Shown here: piece after piece, positions 18,255 to 28,704 of the stretch
Position numbering within the stretch: position 1 is the stretch's first letter
Layout: the number at the start of each line of letters is the position of its first letter
Assembly (NCBI GenBank): GCA_934771475.1
Contig: CAKVMD010000002.1
Coordinates: 29,883 to 93,882, forward strand
DNA from: an uncultured Clostridia bacterium
Lineage (GTDB): Bacteria > Bacillota > Clostridia > Christensenellales > UBA1242
Direction of reading: 5' to 3'
Length of the DNA stretch: 64,000 nt
The notes under the pieces: generated by a model
Told to the model about the DNA's origin: nothing
Database searches by the model: none
What the model saw: only the letters and a program-made list of their open reading frames with translations
Translations under genes and position numbers: made by a program

Positions 18255-18959
18255 ATGAAAATTGATATAGTAGGAAATCACTGCACATGGACTAACACGC
18301 TTAACACAAGTTTTATCATAAATGATAATATGCTTTTTGATGTGCCAATAGGTTCATTTAAATCGCTTTATAATGATTATGATTTAAAAAATATTGACTA
18401 TATCATAATTACGCATTTTCACTCCGACCACTTTTGCGATATTACCCTTGTTTTGGAAGTAATCGCAAAAATGGGCAAAAGCGTAACCATACTTGCCCCA
18501 AAAGGTTGCAAGCAAAGAATAGAAAGTCTTATGAGGTTAGTCGAGGTACCTCACCTTATTCCATATCTTGACACCTTTAATTTTATTGACGCTGAAAATG
18601 GCAAGATTGTAAAAATTGGAAACTATAAAATTAAGTGCTTTTCGGCAAAGCATGGCTGGCTGGATGCTTATGGATATTTAATAGATGACGGGAGTGTAAA
18701 AGTCGGCTTTTCGGGAGACACCGCAATGTGCAACAATGTTCGTAAAATAGCCAAAGCCTGCAAAGCGATGTTTATTGACGCTTCAAGCGTTGTGGAAAAC
18801 GAAAAACATCTTGCCACATTTGAAATAAAGGCGCTTATGACCGATTTCCCCAAGACAACCTTCTATCCTGTGCATTTCTCGACCGCGTCTGAAAAATCTA
18901 TATCTGAGTTTGGCATAAACAAAACTTATCAGGGACAAACAATAATAGTCGAAAATTAA
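18255..18959 (+). CDS. MBL-fold metallo-hydrolase (start at MKIDIVGN)
   Basis: HxHxDH motif (ITHFHSDH). AGAGAGG RBS before ATG 18255. Terminator hairpin just downstream at about 18961-18990. Confidence 0.8.
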   Translation: MKIDIVGNHCTWTNTLNTSFIINDNMLFDVPIGSFKSLYNDYDLKNIDYIIITHFHSDHFCDITLVLEVIAKMGKSVTILAPKGCKQRIESLMRLVEVPHLIPYLDTFNFIDAENGKIVKIGNYKIKCFSAKHGWLDAYGYLIDDGSVKVGFSGDTAMCNNVRKIAKACKAMFIDASSVVENEKHLATFEIKALMTDFPKTTFYPVHFSTASEKSISEFGINKTYQGQTIIVEN

Positions 18960-19213
18960 AAAGCGAATCTATAATTCGCTTTTTTTAAAATATATTTAGC
19001 AAAAGTAGTTAAATAAATAGAAAAAGCACAATTTAAGATAAAATATAATTATTCATCCAAAAAATAAAATAATTTTAATAAAAATAATAAAAATAATAAA
19101 AAAATCTCAATAATTTTTAAAAAAATAATAAATTTAGAGTATTCCACAAATCGTAGAGCGTTTTAAATTGACTTTCTATCGCTTTTGGTTTATCCTCAAA
19201 AAAAGGAGTAAAT

Positions 19214-21253
19214 ATGCAAAACGAAATGGTAGGCAAAAAGATTGCCTCATTACGCAAACAACGCGGTTTGTCGCAGAAGCAACTCGCAAGAGAGATGAAT
19301 GTTTCGTCCCAGCTGGTGAGTAAATGGGAAAATTCATTAAGCACCCCGGGGCTAGATTATCTTACAAACCTTTGCGAAATTTTTGAAGTTAATTTGAATT
19401 ATTTTAGAGACGACTATGTTGAAGAGCCCGAAGAAAATGCTTCACTTTCTGTGAACATTTTTAACAAAACTTTTTGGGCTAGTTTAGCAGGGATTATTGG
19501 CGCGCTCCTAGTATTGTCGTTGTCGCTACTTACTATCTTTTGCTTTGTCCCTGCCTCTAAAAAACAAACATATTTAAATGAGGTTGACAATTATCTCGAT
19601 AAAAATATGAGCCAAGACTATTTTAATATTTCCTTCACCTCTTACACAGACAACCAAACAAATGATAAAATCACCTTGCAATGCCTCAAAAATGGCGATG
19701 AAATAAGATATCAAATTCTTGATAAAGAAGGCACTTTAAAGGAAGGATATCAAAATGGACAAAAATTTTATCTTACAAAAAACTACAACTCTCTTGTAAA
19801 GGAATTTTACCAGCTCGAAAGCACAAACTTGCAAGACATTTGTGAAGGTTTGTTAAAAACTGCAATGCAAGACTACGGAGACGTTTCTCAATCACTTGAT
19901 GATGTAGATATGAAATATATAAGAAAGACAAATTATGGATATTTCTATGAAACCACATGGAACACCTTAGACCTTGATTTAACTGATTCACAATTAAAAG
20001 TTTTTCTTCCACTTGGCACGCCAAATGGAAACATTATCATAAAAGACGGCAAGGTGCAACAAATCAACCTTAATGCAAACTTTAAAATTAAAGGCGAAAA
20101 ACACAGTGTAAAAGTTGTTCAAGAATTTTCTTTAATAGTGCCAGAAATTGAAATCGACGAATCAAATTACACATTTACTTTTGAATCAAAAGATTCAATC
20201 AGCAAAGAAAGTTTAGAATCTATGATTGGTGAAAAAGTTGAAAATCAGTTAGATTATTTCCTATTCGATAAACTGGCAACAAATAATTATCAAACAATTG
20301 GTGATAGGATTGTAGTTACAAATCGCCATACAACAGACGCTTTGAGAATTTATAGCAAAACAGACTTTTCTCTTTTAAAACAATACACTGTTTCTTATTT
20401 CCCACAAGGCGAGTTATATCATTTATATGGTGGCTATGCCCTCATTTGGGATCCAACCAATTATGCAATAAAAAGAATTAATTTAGAAACTTTTGAGGAA
20501 GATACAATTTATTCTGGCTTGAGGGTACACACAAATATAAGTTTTAATGAAAAATATGTTTATGCGTGTTCGTATGAAACATCAGGGCAACTTTTAAAAA
20601 TAGACATTGAAAGTGGGCAAATCGTAACAAGGCTAAGCGTATCAAACGATTATCCATCAAATGCGAAAGTGAAGTTTGTTTTAAATGATGGGACAATTTA
20701 TTACGAATATAACAATGGCGAAATCAAAATTAAAAATGGCACCAAACTTATAAAAAACGCTGATTATTATTACGAAGAAGATGGCAAACTTGTCGCAGTT
20801 AAAAAGGATGACGATATTCAGCATTGTTATGTTTATGAAGGAGAAACTCTTGTGTCCACTTTTGATAAAGCAATCGAAAGTGTAAATCAAAGGAATATGC
20901 CTTACACTGATAAGAATTCAAATGCATTTACTTTTAATTCCCAAGCTTACACGGATTCAAAGGGAATTACGAAAACAATCGATAACTTTTACTTGAAAGA
21001 TGATTCGAGCACAGTAGGTAATTTGCAATCCCCATACTTCCTTTTCGCAATTAAAGGAAAATTATTTTTTAGGTCTCCTGGCGCCATTGTGATTTATGAT
21101 GAAGACAATTTAAAAATTCCATTATATTTCACTAACCGCGTTCCTTCATATTTGTCAAGTTTTGTTAGCATGAATATTATAAAAATAGAAAATCTCTTAA
21201 TTATAGAATCGGGAATAGTATCGGCTGAATACGCTGTTTACAAAATACAATAG
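19214..21253 (+). CDS. membrane-anchored XRE-family HTH protein with large extracytoplasmic domain
   Basis: N-terminal HTH (KKIASLRKQRGLSQKQLAREMNVSSQLVSKWE), one transmembrane helix (FWASLAGIIGALLVLSLSLLTIFCF), then about 560 aa of repeat-like beta-rich sequence. Confidence 0.8.
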   Translation: MQNEMVGKKIASLRKQRGLSQKQLAREMNVSSQLVSKWENSLSTPGLDYLTNLCEIFEVNLNYFRDDYVEEPEENASLSVNIFNKTFWASLAGIIGALLVLSLSLLTIFCFVPASKKQTYLNEVDNYLDKNMSQDYFNISFTSYTDNQTNDKITLQCLKNGDEIRYQILDKEGTLKEGYQNGQKFYLTKNYNSLVKEFYQLESTNLQDICEGLLKTAMQDYGDVSQSLDDVDMKYIRKTNYGYFYETTWNTLDLDLTDSQLKVFLPLGTPNGNIIIKDGKVQQINLNANFKIKGEKHSVKVVQEFSLIVPEIEIDESNYTFTFESKDSISKESLESMIGEKVENQLDYFLFDKLATNNYQTIGDRIVVTNRHTTDALRIYSKTDFSLLKQYTVSYFPQGELYHLYGGYALIWDPTNYAIKRINLETFEEDTIYSGLRVHTNISFNEKYVYACSYETSGQLLKIDIESGQIVTRLSVSNDYPSNAKVKFVLNDGTIYYEYNNGEIKIKNGTKLIKNADYYYEEDGKLVAVKKDDDIQHCYVYEGETLVSTFDKAIESVNQRNMPYTDKNSNAFTFNSQAYTDSKGITKTIDNFYLKDDSSTVGNLQSPYFLFAIKGKLFFRSPGAIVIYDEDNLKIPLYFTNRVPSYLSSFVSMNIIKIENLLIIESGIVSAEYAVYKIQ

Positions 21254-21390
21254 TAATAATTGCACATGATTAAAAAATCTTTTTTAAATAATTGGGCAAA
21301 ATTTAAATTTTATAAAGAAGAGTTTTACACTCATATTTATAATTGCGCACAACAGCACTCTTTTCACTTATAAAATTCTATTGAAAAAAT

Positions 21391-21429
21391 AAAAAAATCT
21401 TGGAAAAACATTAATTCCAAGATTTTTTA
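21391..21429. terminator. bidirectional intrinsic terminator
   Basis: ATCTTGGA (21397-21404) / TCCAAGAT (21416-21423), flanked by an A-run and a T-run. Confidence 0.65.
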
Positions 21430-21587
21430 TTAAAATTATTTATTTTTTTATTTATTTTTTTAATTTTATTTCATTTTTTTGACTTTTTTGATTAATTTTT
21501 CTATTTTTTTGATTTATTTTTTATTTATTTTATTAAAATTATTTAATATTTTTTTGAGTTATTTTAATTTATTAAATAATTAAAAAA

Positions 21588-23366
21588 TTATTTTTTCATA
21601 CATTTTTGCCACTGCGACAAAAGCGTTCTTAAATAATTAAAGCCTTCTTCAAATGGCTCGCCGCTTTCAAGAAGACAGTTTGCCTTGTTTAAAACTTGCA
21701 AAGGTTTTTCGCTATCTCCCGCCGACAAGAAATACTTATAATCTTCTAACGCACCCTTTTCACTTTTTAAAATTCTTCCTGCAAAAGACAACGCGCAAAT
21801 CATCCCGGTTGCATATTTGTACACATAAAATGAACTGAAAAAGTGTCCAACCCGCGCCCATTCATACTTAATTTCGTCAATAAGCTTAACTTTCCCAAAA
21901 TACTTTTTGTTGAGGTCGTAATAAGTGAAACAAACAAAATCTTTTGAAAGAGGTCTGCCACTTTCATACTCTTCATGCACTTTTGCCTCAAATTCAGCAA
22001 ACATGGTTTGACGATAAATTGAGCCCTTAACCTCATCAAAAAATTTATTGTACAATGCAATCTTTTCTTCATTTGTCTGGGCGTTATTTAAAAGGTAATT
22101 CAAAAGCAAAATTTCATTTGTGGTGCTTGCAATCTCCGCCAAAAATATTGTGTATCCCGCTTTTTGACGAGGTTGAGTCTTTGACGCAAAAACTGTATGC
22201 ATAGCATGACCGAGTTCGTGTGCAATTTCAAAAACCGAGCCAATAGTTCCATTAAAGTTAAGAAGAACATAAGGATGAACGCCGTAAACTGCATTTTCAT
22301 ACGCCCCCGTACGCTTTCCTTGGCTTGGCATCACATCAAGCCATCTTTCTTTCACTGCCTGTTTTAAAAGTGCGACATAGTCTTCACCGAGTGGAGAAAG
22401 CGCTTTGTAAACAATTTCCATTGCCTCTTCAAAAGTGTACTTTTTCTCGTTTTTAGTTTGAATATCTGCCATATTATCAAAAATGTACATATCTTTCAGA
22501 TTAAGACATTTCTTTTTTAAGTCAAAATATTTAAACAAAATGTCAAGATTTTTGTCAACTTCGGTTAAAAGTCTATCATAAACCTCTTTTGAAACCTCTT
22601 CATCTTCAAGCGCCTCATTTAATGCTGATTTATATTTTCTGATTTTAGCAAAATAGCAATCTTCTTTCACATAATTGATGTAATTGTTGGCAAGCATATT
22701 GATACTTCTTCCAAATGCGCCATTATATTCTTTCATCGCATTTTTGCGTAGCGTCCTATCGTTTGAGCGGATGTATTCGGCATAAGACGAATGGTCGAGT
22801 TTGTGCTTTTTACCTTTGCTATCTAGTATATCGTTAAAAGTAAGGTCTGCATCACTAAAAAGTCTGCTGTTGCCAGAAAAACCGCCAAGGAAACTCATCC
22901 CTGACAAAAGCTTTTCTTCTTTTTTAGATAGCATATGGCTTTTTTCGCGCTTGATTGCTTCAAAGGAGCGCGAATAATCTTTAAAATCTTTGTCTCTGAT
23001 TATGCTGTCTAAAAGTTTGTCAGAAAGTTCATGAAGTTCACTTGATACAAACGAAGTTTCTTCCGACAATTTTTGATATGCCATAGAAAGAAGTTCGTCT
23101 TTTTGCTGTTCTTCACTATTGCCTAAATCTTCATCACACTTTAAAGCGCAATAAAGAAAAATTGGTTCTAATTTCTCTTCAAATTCTTTATTTAGGTTAA
23201 GATAAGATAAAATTCTCTTTTTGTTGTTTAGTTTTCCTTCAAATTTTTTAACCGCTTCTGTATAATCTTCCATTGCTTTCAGTGCGGATAAAAATTCTTC
23301 TTCGCCTTTGCAAAGCGGAGATAAATCCCACTTATATTTTTCATCTATTTCATTTCTCTTTTTCAT
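21588..23366 (-). CDS. pepF: oligoendopeptidase F (M3B family)
   Basis: HELGH zinc motif (IAHELGHAMH); length and overall pattern of PepF. Confidence 0.9.
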   Translation of the reverse strand: MKKRNEIDEKYKWDLSPLCKGEEEFLSALKAMEDYTEAVKKFEGKLNNKKRILSYLNLNKEFEEKLEPIFLYCALKCDEDLGNSEEQQKDELLSMAYQKLSEETSFVSSELHELSDKLLDSIIRDKDFKDYSRSFEAIKREKSHMLSKKEEKLLSGMSFLGGFSGNSRLFSDADLTFNDILDSKGKKHKLDHSSYAEYIRSNDRTLRKNAMKEYNGAFGRSINMLANNYINYVKEDCYFAKIRKYKSALNEALEDEEVSKEVYDRLLTEVDKNLDILFKYFDLKKKCLNLKDMYIFDNMADIQTKNEKKYTFEEAMEIVYKALSPLGEDYVALLKQAVKERWLDVMPSQGKRTGAYENAVYGVHPYVLLNFNGTIGSVFEIAHELGHAMHTVFASKTQPRQKAGYTIFLAEIASTTNEILLLNYLLNNAQTNEEKIALYNKFFDEVKGSIYRQTMFAEFEAKVHEEYESGRPLSKDFVCFTYYDLNKKYFGKVKLIDEIKYEWARVGHFFSSFYVYKYATGMICALSFAGRILKSEKGALEDYKYFLSAGDSEKPLQVLNKANCLLESGEPFEEGFNYLRTLLSQWQKCMKK

Positions 23367-23525
23367 ATTTAACTCCTTTATATATTTTAGTAAAATTCTA
23401 AAAATTTTACAACAAAAAAGACCAACTTTTAAAATTTGGTCTTCTTATAACTCAAATATTTATCTTGTGCTTGCAAATTTCGGGTCGCAAAAGACATTTT
23501 CAGTTGCCCGCCGAAAAACTTGCTA

Positions 23526-24224
23526 TTATCTTAAAAAATATTTATCCATAAAAAACTTGTTCCATGGAGATTTTGCGGTGTCAGGAGCACAAGCAAAGGT
23601 CATTTTTTGCTTTGTTACTGGATGCAAAAATTCAAGTCTACCAGCCCATAGACCAAGATTTGTAGACGCAGAAGTTTTATCTTTGCCATATTTGTTGTCT
23701 CCCACAAGTGGACAATTTATCCCCGCAAACTGAACTCTAATTTGATGGCTTCTTCCGGTGATAAGTTTAACTTCCACAAGCGCCATGTCCTCGCAAGTTT
23801 GCAAAACCTTATAAGAGAGTTTTGCCTCTTTAACCCCACTCTCGCTTCTTGGAGCAATTCTCACAATGTTATTTCTCTCGTCTTTCTTTAAATAATGACA
23901 AAGAGTGTCAGATTTAAGTTGAGGAGTTTTAGTTGTAACCGCATAATAAGTTTTTTGCATTTGTCCATTTTTTATTTGTTCGCTTAATCTGCTAGCGCCC
24001 TTTGAGGTCTTAGCAAACACCATTATTCCTCCCGTAGGGCGGTCAAGTCTGTGAACCAAACCTACAAAAGCCTCGCCTTCTTTGTTATACTTTTCCTTAA
24101 TATATTCCTTTACCATTGTAAGCATATCTTTGTCCCCCGATGCATCCTCCTGAGAAGGAACATTTTGCGGTTTCACAACAACTATACAATGATTATCCTC
24201 ATACAAAACAGTTAATTTTCCCAT
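23526..24224 (-). CDS. RluA-family RNA pseudouridine synthase
   Basis: Catalytic HRLDRPTGG motif and ...GRSHQIRVQ... motif. Confidence 0.88.
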   Translation of the reverse strand: MGKLTVLYEDNHCIVVVKPQNVPSQEDASGDKDMLTMVKEYIKEKYNKEGEAFVGLVHRLDRPTGGIMVFAKTSKGASRLSEQIKNGQMQKTYYAVTTKTPQLKSDTLCHYLKKDERNNIVRIAPRSESGVKEAKLSYKVLQTCEDMALVEVKLITGRSHQIRVQFAGINCPLVGDNKYGKDKTSASTNLGLWAGRLEFLHPVTKQKMTFACAPDTAKSPWNKFFMDKYFLR

Positions 24225-25063
24225 ATTTTAATACCTCTTGCCCCGCATGGAAGCACAATTTTTTCTTCTGTTGGAAGTCCAATTTCGTCTGCGTCAATTC
24301 CGCCCTCACCAAACACAAGCATTAGCAAGTTTGAAAGCACGCTAGCTTGAAGCCCAGTCGTATAAGACGAAATAAGCACAAAAAGTGGATTGTCCGACAA
24401 AACCTCTTTTGTGAGAGCAATGAAATCATAAAGATTGTCTTCCAGTTTCCACATCTCGCCATTTGTTCCTCTACCATACGATGGTGGGTCCATAATTATC
24501 GCGTCATAAGTGTTACCTCTTCTTTTTTCACGCTCTATAAACTTTTTGCAATCATCAACAATATAACGAATGGTGGTTATGCCATTTAATTTTGCATTTT
24601 CTTTGGCTCTTTCAACCATTCCCTTACTCGCGTCAATATGGGTTACCTTTGCGCCCGCGCTTGCACAAACAACGCTTGCACCACCCGTGTAAGCAAAAAG
24701 ATTTAACACTTTAATCTCTCTGCCAGCGCCTTTGATTGCATTTATCATGTCATTCCAGTTCACTGCTTGCTCTGGGAAAAGCCCAGTATGCTTGAACCCC
24801 ATAGGTTTAAGCGAAAAGGTTAGATTTCGCCACTTAATGTTCCACTCTTCGGGCATTTTATGCAAGAAATTCCAAGCCCCGCCCCCAGTCGAAGAGCGCT
24901 TATAATGAGCGTCAAGCCCTTTAAACTTTGACAAATCACTTTTTGCTTTCCAAATTACTTGTGGGTCTGGACGCAAAAGCGTATATTCGCCCCATTTTTC
25001 AAGTTTTTCACCATTTCCAGTTGCTATAACCTTGTAGTCAACCCAATCGTTTGCTATTTTCAT
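24212..25063 (-). CDS. class I SAM-dependent (rRNA-type, RlmI/RlmK-like) methyltransferase (start at MKIANDW)
   Basis: SAM motif LNLFAYTGGASV and DPPSYG motif IV. RBS GAGGAAGGG before ATG 25061-25063. Confidence 0.8.
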   Translation of the reverse strand: MKIANDWVDYKVIATGNGEKLEKWGEYTLLRPDPQVIWKAKSDLSKFKGLDAHYKRSSTGGGAWNFLHKMPEEWNIKWRNLTFSLKPMGFKHTGLFPEQAVNWNDMINAIKGAGREIKVLNLFAYTGGASVVCASAGAKVTHIDASKGMVERAKENAKLNGITTIRYIVDDCKKFIEREKRRGNTYDAIIMDPPSYGRGTNGEMWKLEDNLYDFIALTKEVLSDNPLFVLISSYTTGLQASVLSNLLMLVFGEGGIDADEIGLPTEEKIVLPCGARGIKIWEN

Positions 25064-25271
25064 AATTAGCACCCTTCCTCTTACTGCCAGTCTAAAAAAT
25101 TCAAATTTCTTTCTATACAATTATACATGCAATTCTTCAAAAGTCAAAATAAAATTTGATATTGCCCAAAATTGCTTTTAAATATCAATAAAATAGAGAA
25201 TGTAATGTTTACATTCTCTATTTATTTTCAACAAATTGTCAATATTTTATTTGTTTTAATCTCAGTGAGGC

Positions 25272-28200
25272 TTATTTAGCAAGAGTTACTTTCACGCTTC
25301 CTTCACCCATTTCAACGTCTTTTGAAATGACAGGATTTGAAAGTGAAGGCTTAATTTCCTTAATCAATACTTCTTGCATGATTTTATCCTTGAATTTATC
25401 GAGTACTTTTTGAAGATGAGCGTCATTTGTTTCAAAAGATGCCTCAATTCTGTCTTCAATCAAGAAATCTGCTTCTTTTCTTAACACTTGAAGTCCTCTT
25501 ACAAATTCGCGATATTCGCCTTCCATAATAAGTTCTTCGTCAAGGGTTACATCAAGCACAACGGTATTTCCATTCTCGTGAGCAATGACATAATCGCCTT
25601 TTGGCTTCTTTTCAAGATTGAAAAGTTCACTATCAAGGTCGGTAAACTTACCAACGCTAACCTTTCCATTATGGTAGCCTTCCATAACAAGTTTATTTTC
25701 CTCGTCAGAAAGGTGTGCAAGAGTCTCTTTAAGGGCTTGTACCTCGCCTTTAAGAACTGCACCTGCTTTTTTGAAGTTTACTGAAAGATATTCATCATTG
25801 AAACGACTTTCATCCTTGACAACTTCAAGATTTTTGATATTGAGTTCTTCTTTGATAATACTGCCAAACTCGTCAAGAACGCGGTGAGCAAACTCGTCCC
25901 CAGTAACATACATAGTGCGAAGAGGTTGCTTAACCTTTATTTGATTTTCATTTCTGAGACGCTGAGCAATAGACATCACATCTCTTGCTTTTTCAGTGTA
26001 AGCGAGAATGTTTTCAAAGTGAAGAGGATAAATTTCTTTTGGATAGCCCGCAAGCATAACGCATTCGGCCTCGCCAGGCTCAATTTCTCGGACAAGATTT
26101 TGCCAAATATGTTCACAAACAAAAGGAATTATTGGAGTCATTATGCTAGCGCAAGACTTAATTGCATAGTAGAGGCACCAATAGGCGGTCATTTGGTCGC
26201 GCTTATTTTCGCTTTTCCAAAATCTCTTTCTGTTTGAACGGATATAGAAGTTTGAAAGGTCATCAACAAGTTTTTCAAAGTCTTTTACAACAAGATATGC
26301 TTTGTCCTCACCAAAATTTAGGTCGCTATCTTTGATAAATTTGTTTACGCTTTCAATAAGCCACTTATCAGCGACTTGAAGGTCTGTTTCCTCTGGCTTA
26401 AAATTCACAATGTCTGGGTTGTCGATGCAAGCGTAAGTGTTAAAGAATGTGTAAACATTCCAAAACGCCAAAAGTTTTCTTCTTGCTTCATCAGTGAGCG
26501 TAAATCCGAAACGCATATCATTGGTTGGGCTAGAAGATGAGAACAGATATCGAACCACATCAGCGCCCACATTGTCGGCAACCTTATCTGCTTCGAGAGT
26601 GTTTCCACCGCTCTTATGGAACTCACCACCCTTTTCATCTTTAACATATTGATAAGTGCACACTTTTTTATATGGCGCTTTGCCAGTGAGAACTACGCTC
26701 ATAATGAGAAGAGAGTAGAACCATAGTTTAATTTGTTCAATCATTTCACAAACATAATCGCTTGGGAAATTGTTTTCAAAGAATTTTTTATCGGTGAAGT
26801 ATTTTTTAGTGCTAAATGGGGTGATACCTGCGTCAAGCCAAACATCCCCGACTTCGGGAACACGAGAAATCTCCGCTCCGCAATCACATTTTATTTTGAT
26901 TTCATCAATCCAAGGTTTATGAATATTTGGAAGGGCGTCAACCATTTCAGGATGAACCGCTTTTGCCTTCAATTCTTCTTTTGAGCCAATCACATGAACT
27001 TTTCCACATTTTTCGCAAACATAAAATGGAAGTGGAAGTCCATAAAATCTTGAACGAGAGATATTCCAATCGCCCATATTTTCAAGCCAGTCAATCATAC
27101 GCTTTTTAGCGTAAGCAGGTTTAAACTCGACATCTTCGATAGCTTTTAAAGCGAGTGGACGAATTTCATCAATTTTTATAAACCATGCAGAGATAAGTTT
27201 GTAAACAAGGTCAGTTTTGCAACGCCAGCAGAATGGATAACTATGTTTATACTTATGAGCGTACAAAAGTTTTCCATCATTTTGAAGCCTATCTACAACC
27301 ATTTGTACAACATCTGTTGTTTTCTTTCCCGCGAGAAAGCCTGTTGAATCAAGCATTACGCCCTGCTCGTTTATTGGGCAAATTTCAGGTAAGGAAAGGG
27401 TTTGCCCCAGTTCAAAATCTTCCGCGCCACAACCAGGAGCAATGTGAACCACGCAACTTCCCTCTGCATTATCAACCATATCCCATGCAACAACCTTATG
27501 TGCAAAATTTTGCATTTCAAGTTCTGGGAAGCAAGTTTCGTATTCGAGCCCAACAAGGTCGACACCTTTCATCTCTTTTAAAACTTTTGCGTCCCCTTTT
27601 AAAACGCACAATCTATCTTTACCAAGAACAAGTTTTTCGCCATTAAAATCCACCAAAACATAGGTAAAATCAGGGTTCACCGCAAGCGCAACATTGGCAG
27701 AAAGTGTCCAAGGAGTGGTTGTCCATGCAACAATTTTGAAGTCTTGCCCTTTCACTGGGAATTTGGCAAAAATCGCAGTATGCTCCACTTCATGATATGA
27801 TGAACTTATTTCATGCTCTGAAAGACTGGTTCCGCAACGAGGGCACCAAGCCATAGGGCGATTTTTCTTTACTATCCACCCCTTTTCATCGCATTTTTTG
27901 AGAAAATGCCAAATTGAAGTGATATTTTCATCAGTGTTTGTCAGATAACTATGGTCCCAATCCATCCATTGCCCCATACGGATAGATTGATTTGTAATTT
28001 CGTTAGCAAAATAGTTCACTCTTTCCATACACTTATTAGTGAACTTATCAATTCCATACTGTGCAATTTCAGGTTTTCCGTTAAGTCCAAGTTCCTTTTC
28101 GACATTGACTTCAACCCAAAGACCTTGTCCATCAAAACCATTTTGATACATACAGTCTTTTCCCTTTAAAGCGTTGTAACGAATGGTGAGGTCTTTAAGC

Positions 28201-28388
28201 GTTCTTCCCCAAAAGTGGTGAATACCAAGCCTATTATTTGCTGTTGCAGGCCCATCCAGGAACTTAAACCTTTCATGCCCTTCATTCTTTTTGACTAATT
28301 TATGAAAACAATCGTTTTCTTTCCAAAAATTGAGCACATTATGCTCTAACTCAACAAAATTTGGCATTGCTTGTTCTTTTTTCATCAT
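25272..28388 (-). CDS. ileS: isoleucine--tRNA ligase (long, type-2-like)
   Basis: Class I aaRS with GPATANNRLGIHH (HIGH-type) and a CP1 editing insert. The KMSKS position reads EFHKS. An upstream T-box carries an AUC specifier. Start at ATGATG behind the AAGGAG RBS. Confidence 0.92.
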   Translation of the reverse strand: MMKKEQAMPNFVELEHNVLNFWKENDCFHKLVKKNEGHERFKFLDGPATANNRLGIHHFWGRTLKDLTIRYNALKGKDCMYQNGFDGQGLWVEVNVEKELGLNGKPEIAQYGIDKFTNKCMERVNYFANEITNQSIRMGQWMDWDHSYLTNTDENITSIWHFLKKCDEKGWIVKKNRPMAWCPRCGTSLSEHEISSSYHEVEHTAIFAKFPVKGQDFKIVAWTTTPWTLSANVALAVNPDFTYVLVDFNGEKLVLGKDRLCVLKGDAKVLKEMKGVDLVGLEYETCFPELEMQNFAHKVVAWDMVDNAEGSCVVHIAPGCGAEDFELGQTLSLPEICPINEQGVMLDSTGFLAGKKTTDVVQMVVDRLQNDGKLLYAHKYKHSYPFCWRCKTDLVYKLISAWFIKIDEIRPLALKAIEDVEFKPAYAKKRMIDWLENMGDWNISRSRFYGLPLPFYVCEKCGKVHVIGSKEELKAKAVHPEMVDALPNIHKPWIDEIKIKCDCGAEISRVPEVGDVWLDAGITPFSTKKYFTDKKFFENNFPSDYVCEMIEQIKLWFYSLLIMSVVLTGKAPYKKVCTYQYVKDEKGGEFHKSGGNTLEADKVADNVGADVVRYLFSSSSPTNDMRFGFTLTDEARRKLLAFWNVYTFFNTYACIDNPDIVNFKPEETDLQVADKWLIESVNKFIKDSDLNFGEDKAYLVVKDFEKLVDDLSNFYIRSNRKRFWKSENKRDQMTAYWCLYYAIKSCASIMTPIIPFVCEHIWQNLVREIEPGEAECVMLAGYPKEIYPLHFENILAYTEKARDVMSIAQRLRNENQIKVKQPLRTMYVTGDEFAHRVLDEFGSIIKEELNIKNLEVVKDESRFNDEYLSVNFKKAGAVLKGEVQALKETLAHLSDEENKLVMEGYHNGKVSVGKFTDLDSELFNLEKKPKGDYVIAHENGNTVVLDVTLDEELIMEGEYREFVRGLQVLRKEADFLIEDRIEASFETNDAHLQKVLDKFKDKIMQEVLIKEIKPSLSNPVISKDVEMGEGSVKVTLAK

Positions 28389-28641
28389 TTTTCTCCTTTT
28401 AAACAAAAAATCACACCAAGTTACAAGAAAACCTAGTGCGATTTTTAATAAACCACTTGTAAACTTCTAGCAGGCTAGCACCCACCTCTTCTATAACGGG
28501 AAGTCCCGACTTATGTTACTATTATTTCACAAAAGTAGCTCCAAAAGTGATAACCTTTTCCTTTCTTTTATTGCCTTGCACCAAACGGCAACTCTCTGTA
28601 AAATATTTGAAAAGGTGTTGTCTTTTATCCACGCTTTTTAT
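28389..28641 (-). promoter_or_regulatory. T-box leader (isoleucine specifier AUC) with intrinsic terminator
   Basis: Minus-strand reading shows AGAGAG...GGUGCAAGG stem I and GGUUAUCAC (AUC at 28549-28551). The T-box-like sequence is AGAGGUGGGUGCUAGCC, and a terminator hairpin plus U-run lies at 28407-28447. The promoter is TTGACA (28671-28676), 17 nt, TAAAAT (28648-28653). Confidence 0.8.
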
Positions 28642-28704
28642 GCAGTTATTTTAAATATTATTTTTTATTTTGTCAAGCATTTTTAATCTTTAACAAAAGT
28701 TAAA

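Noticed and set aside
19040-21560. Similar AT-only strings (for example TTTTATTAAAATTATTT) in inverted orientation on both sides of the HTH gene, considered as possible terminal inverted repeats of a mobile element.
   Set aside because: In two-letter (A/T) sequence, matches of 13-17 nt are expected by chance. There is no transposase and no target-site duplication.
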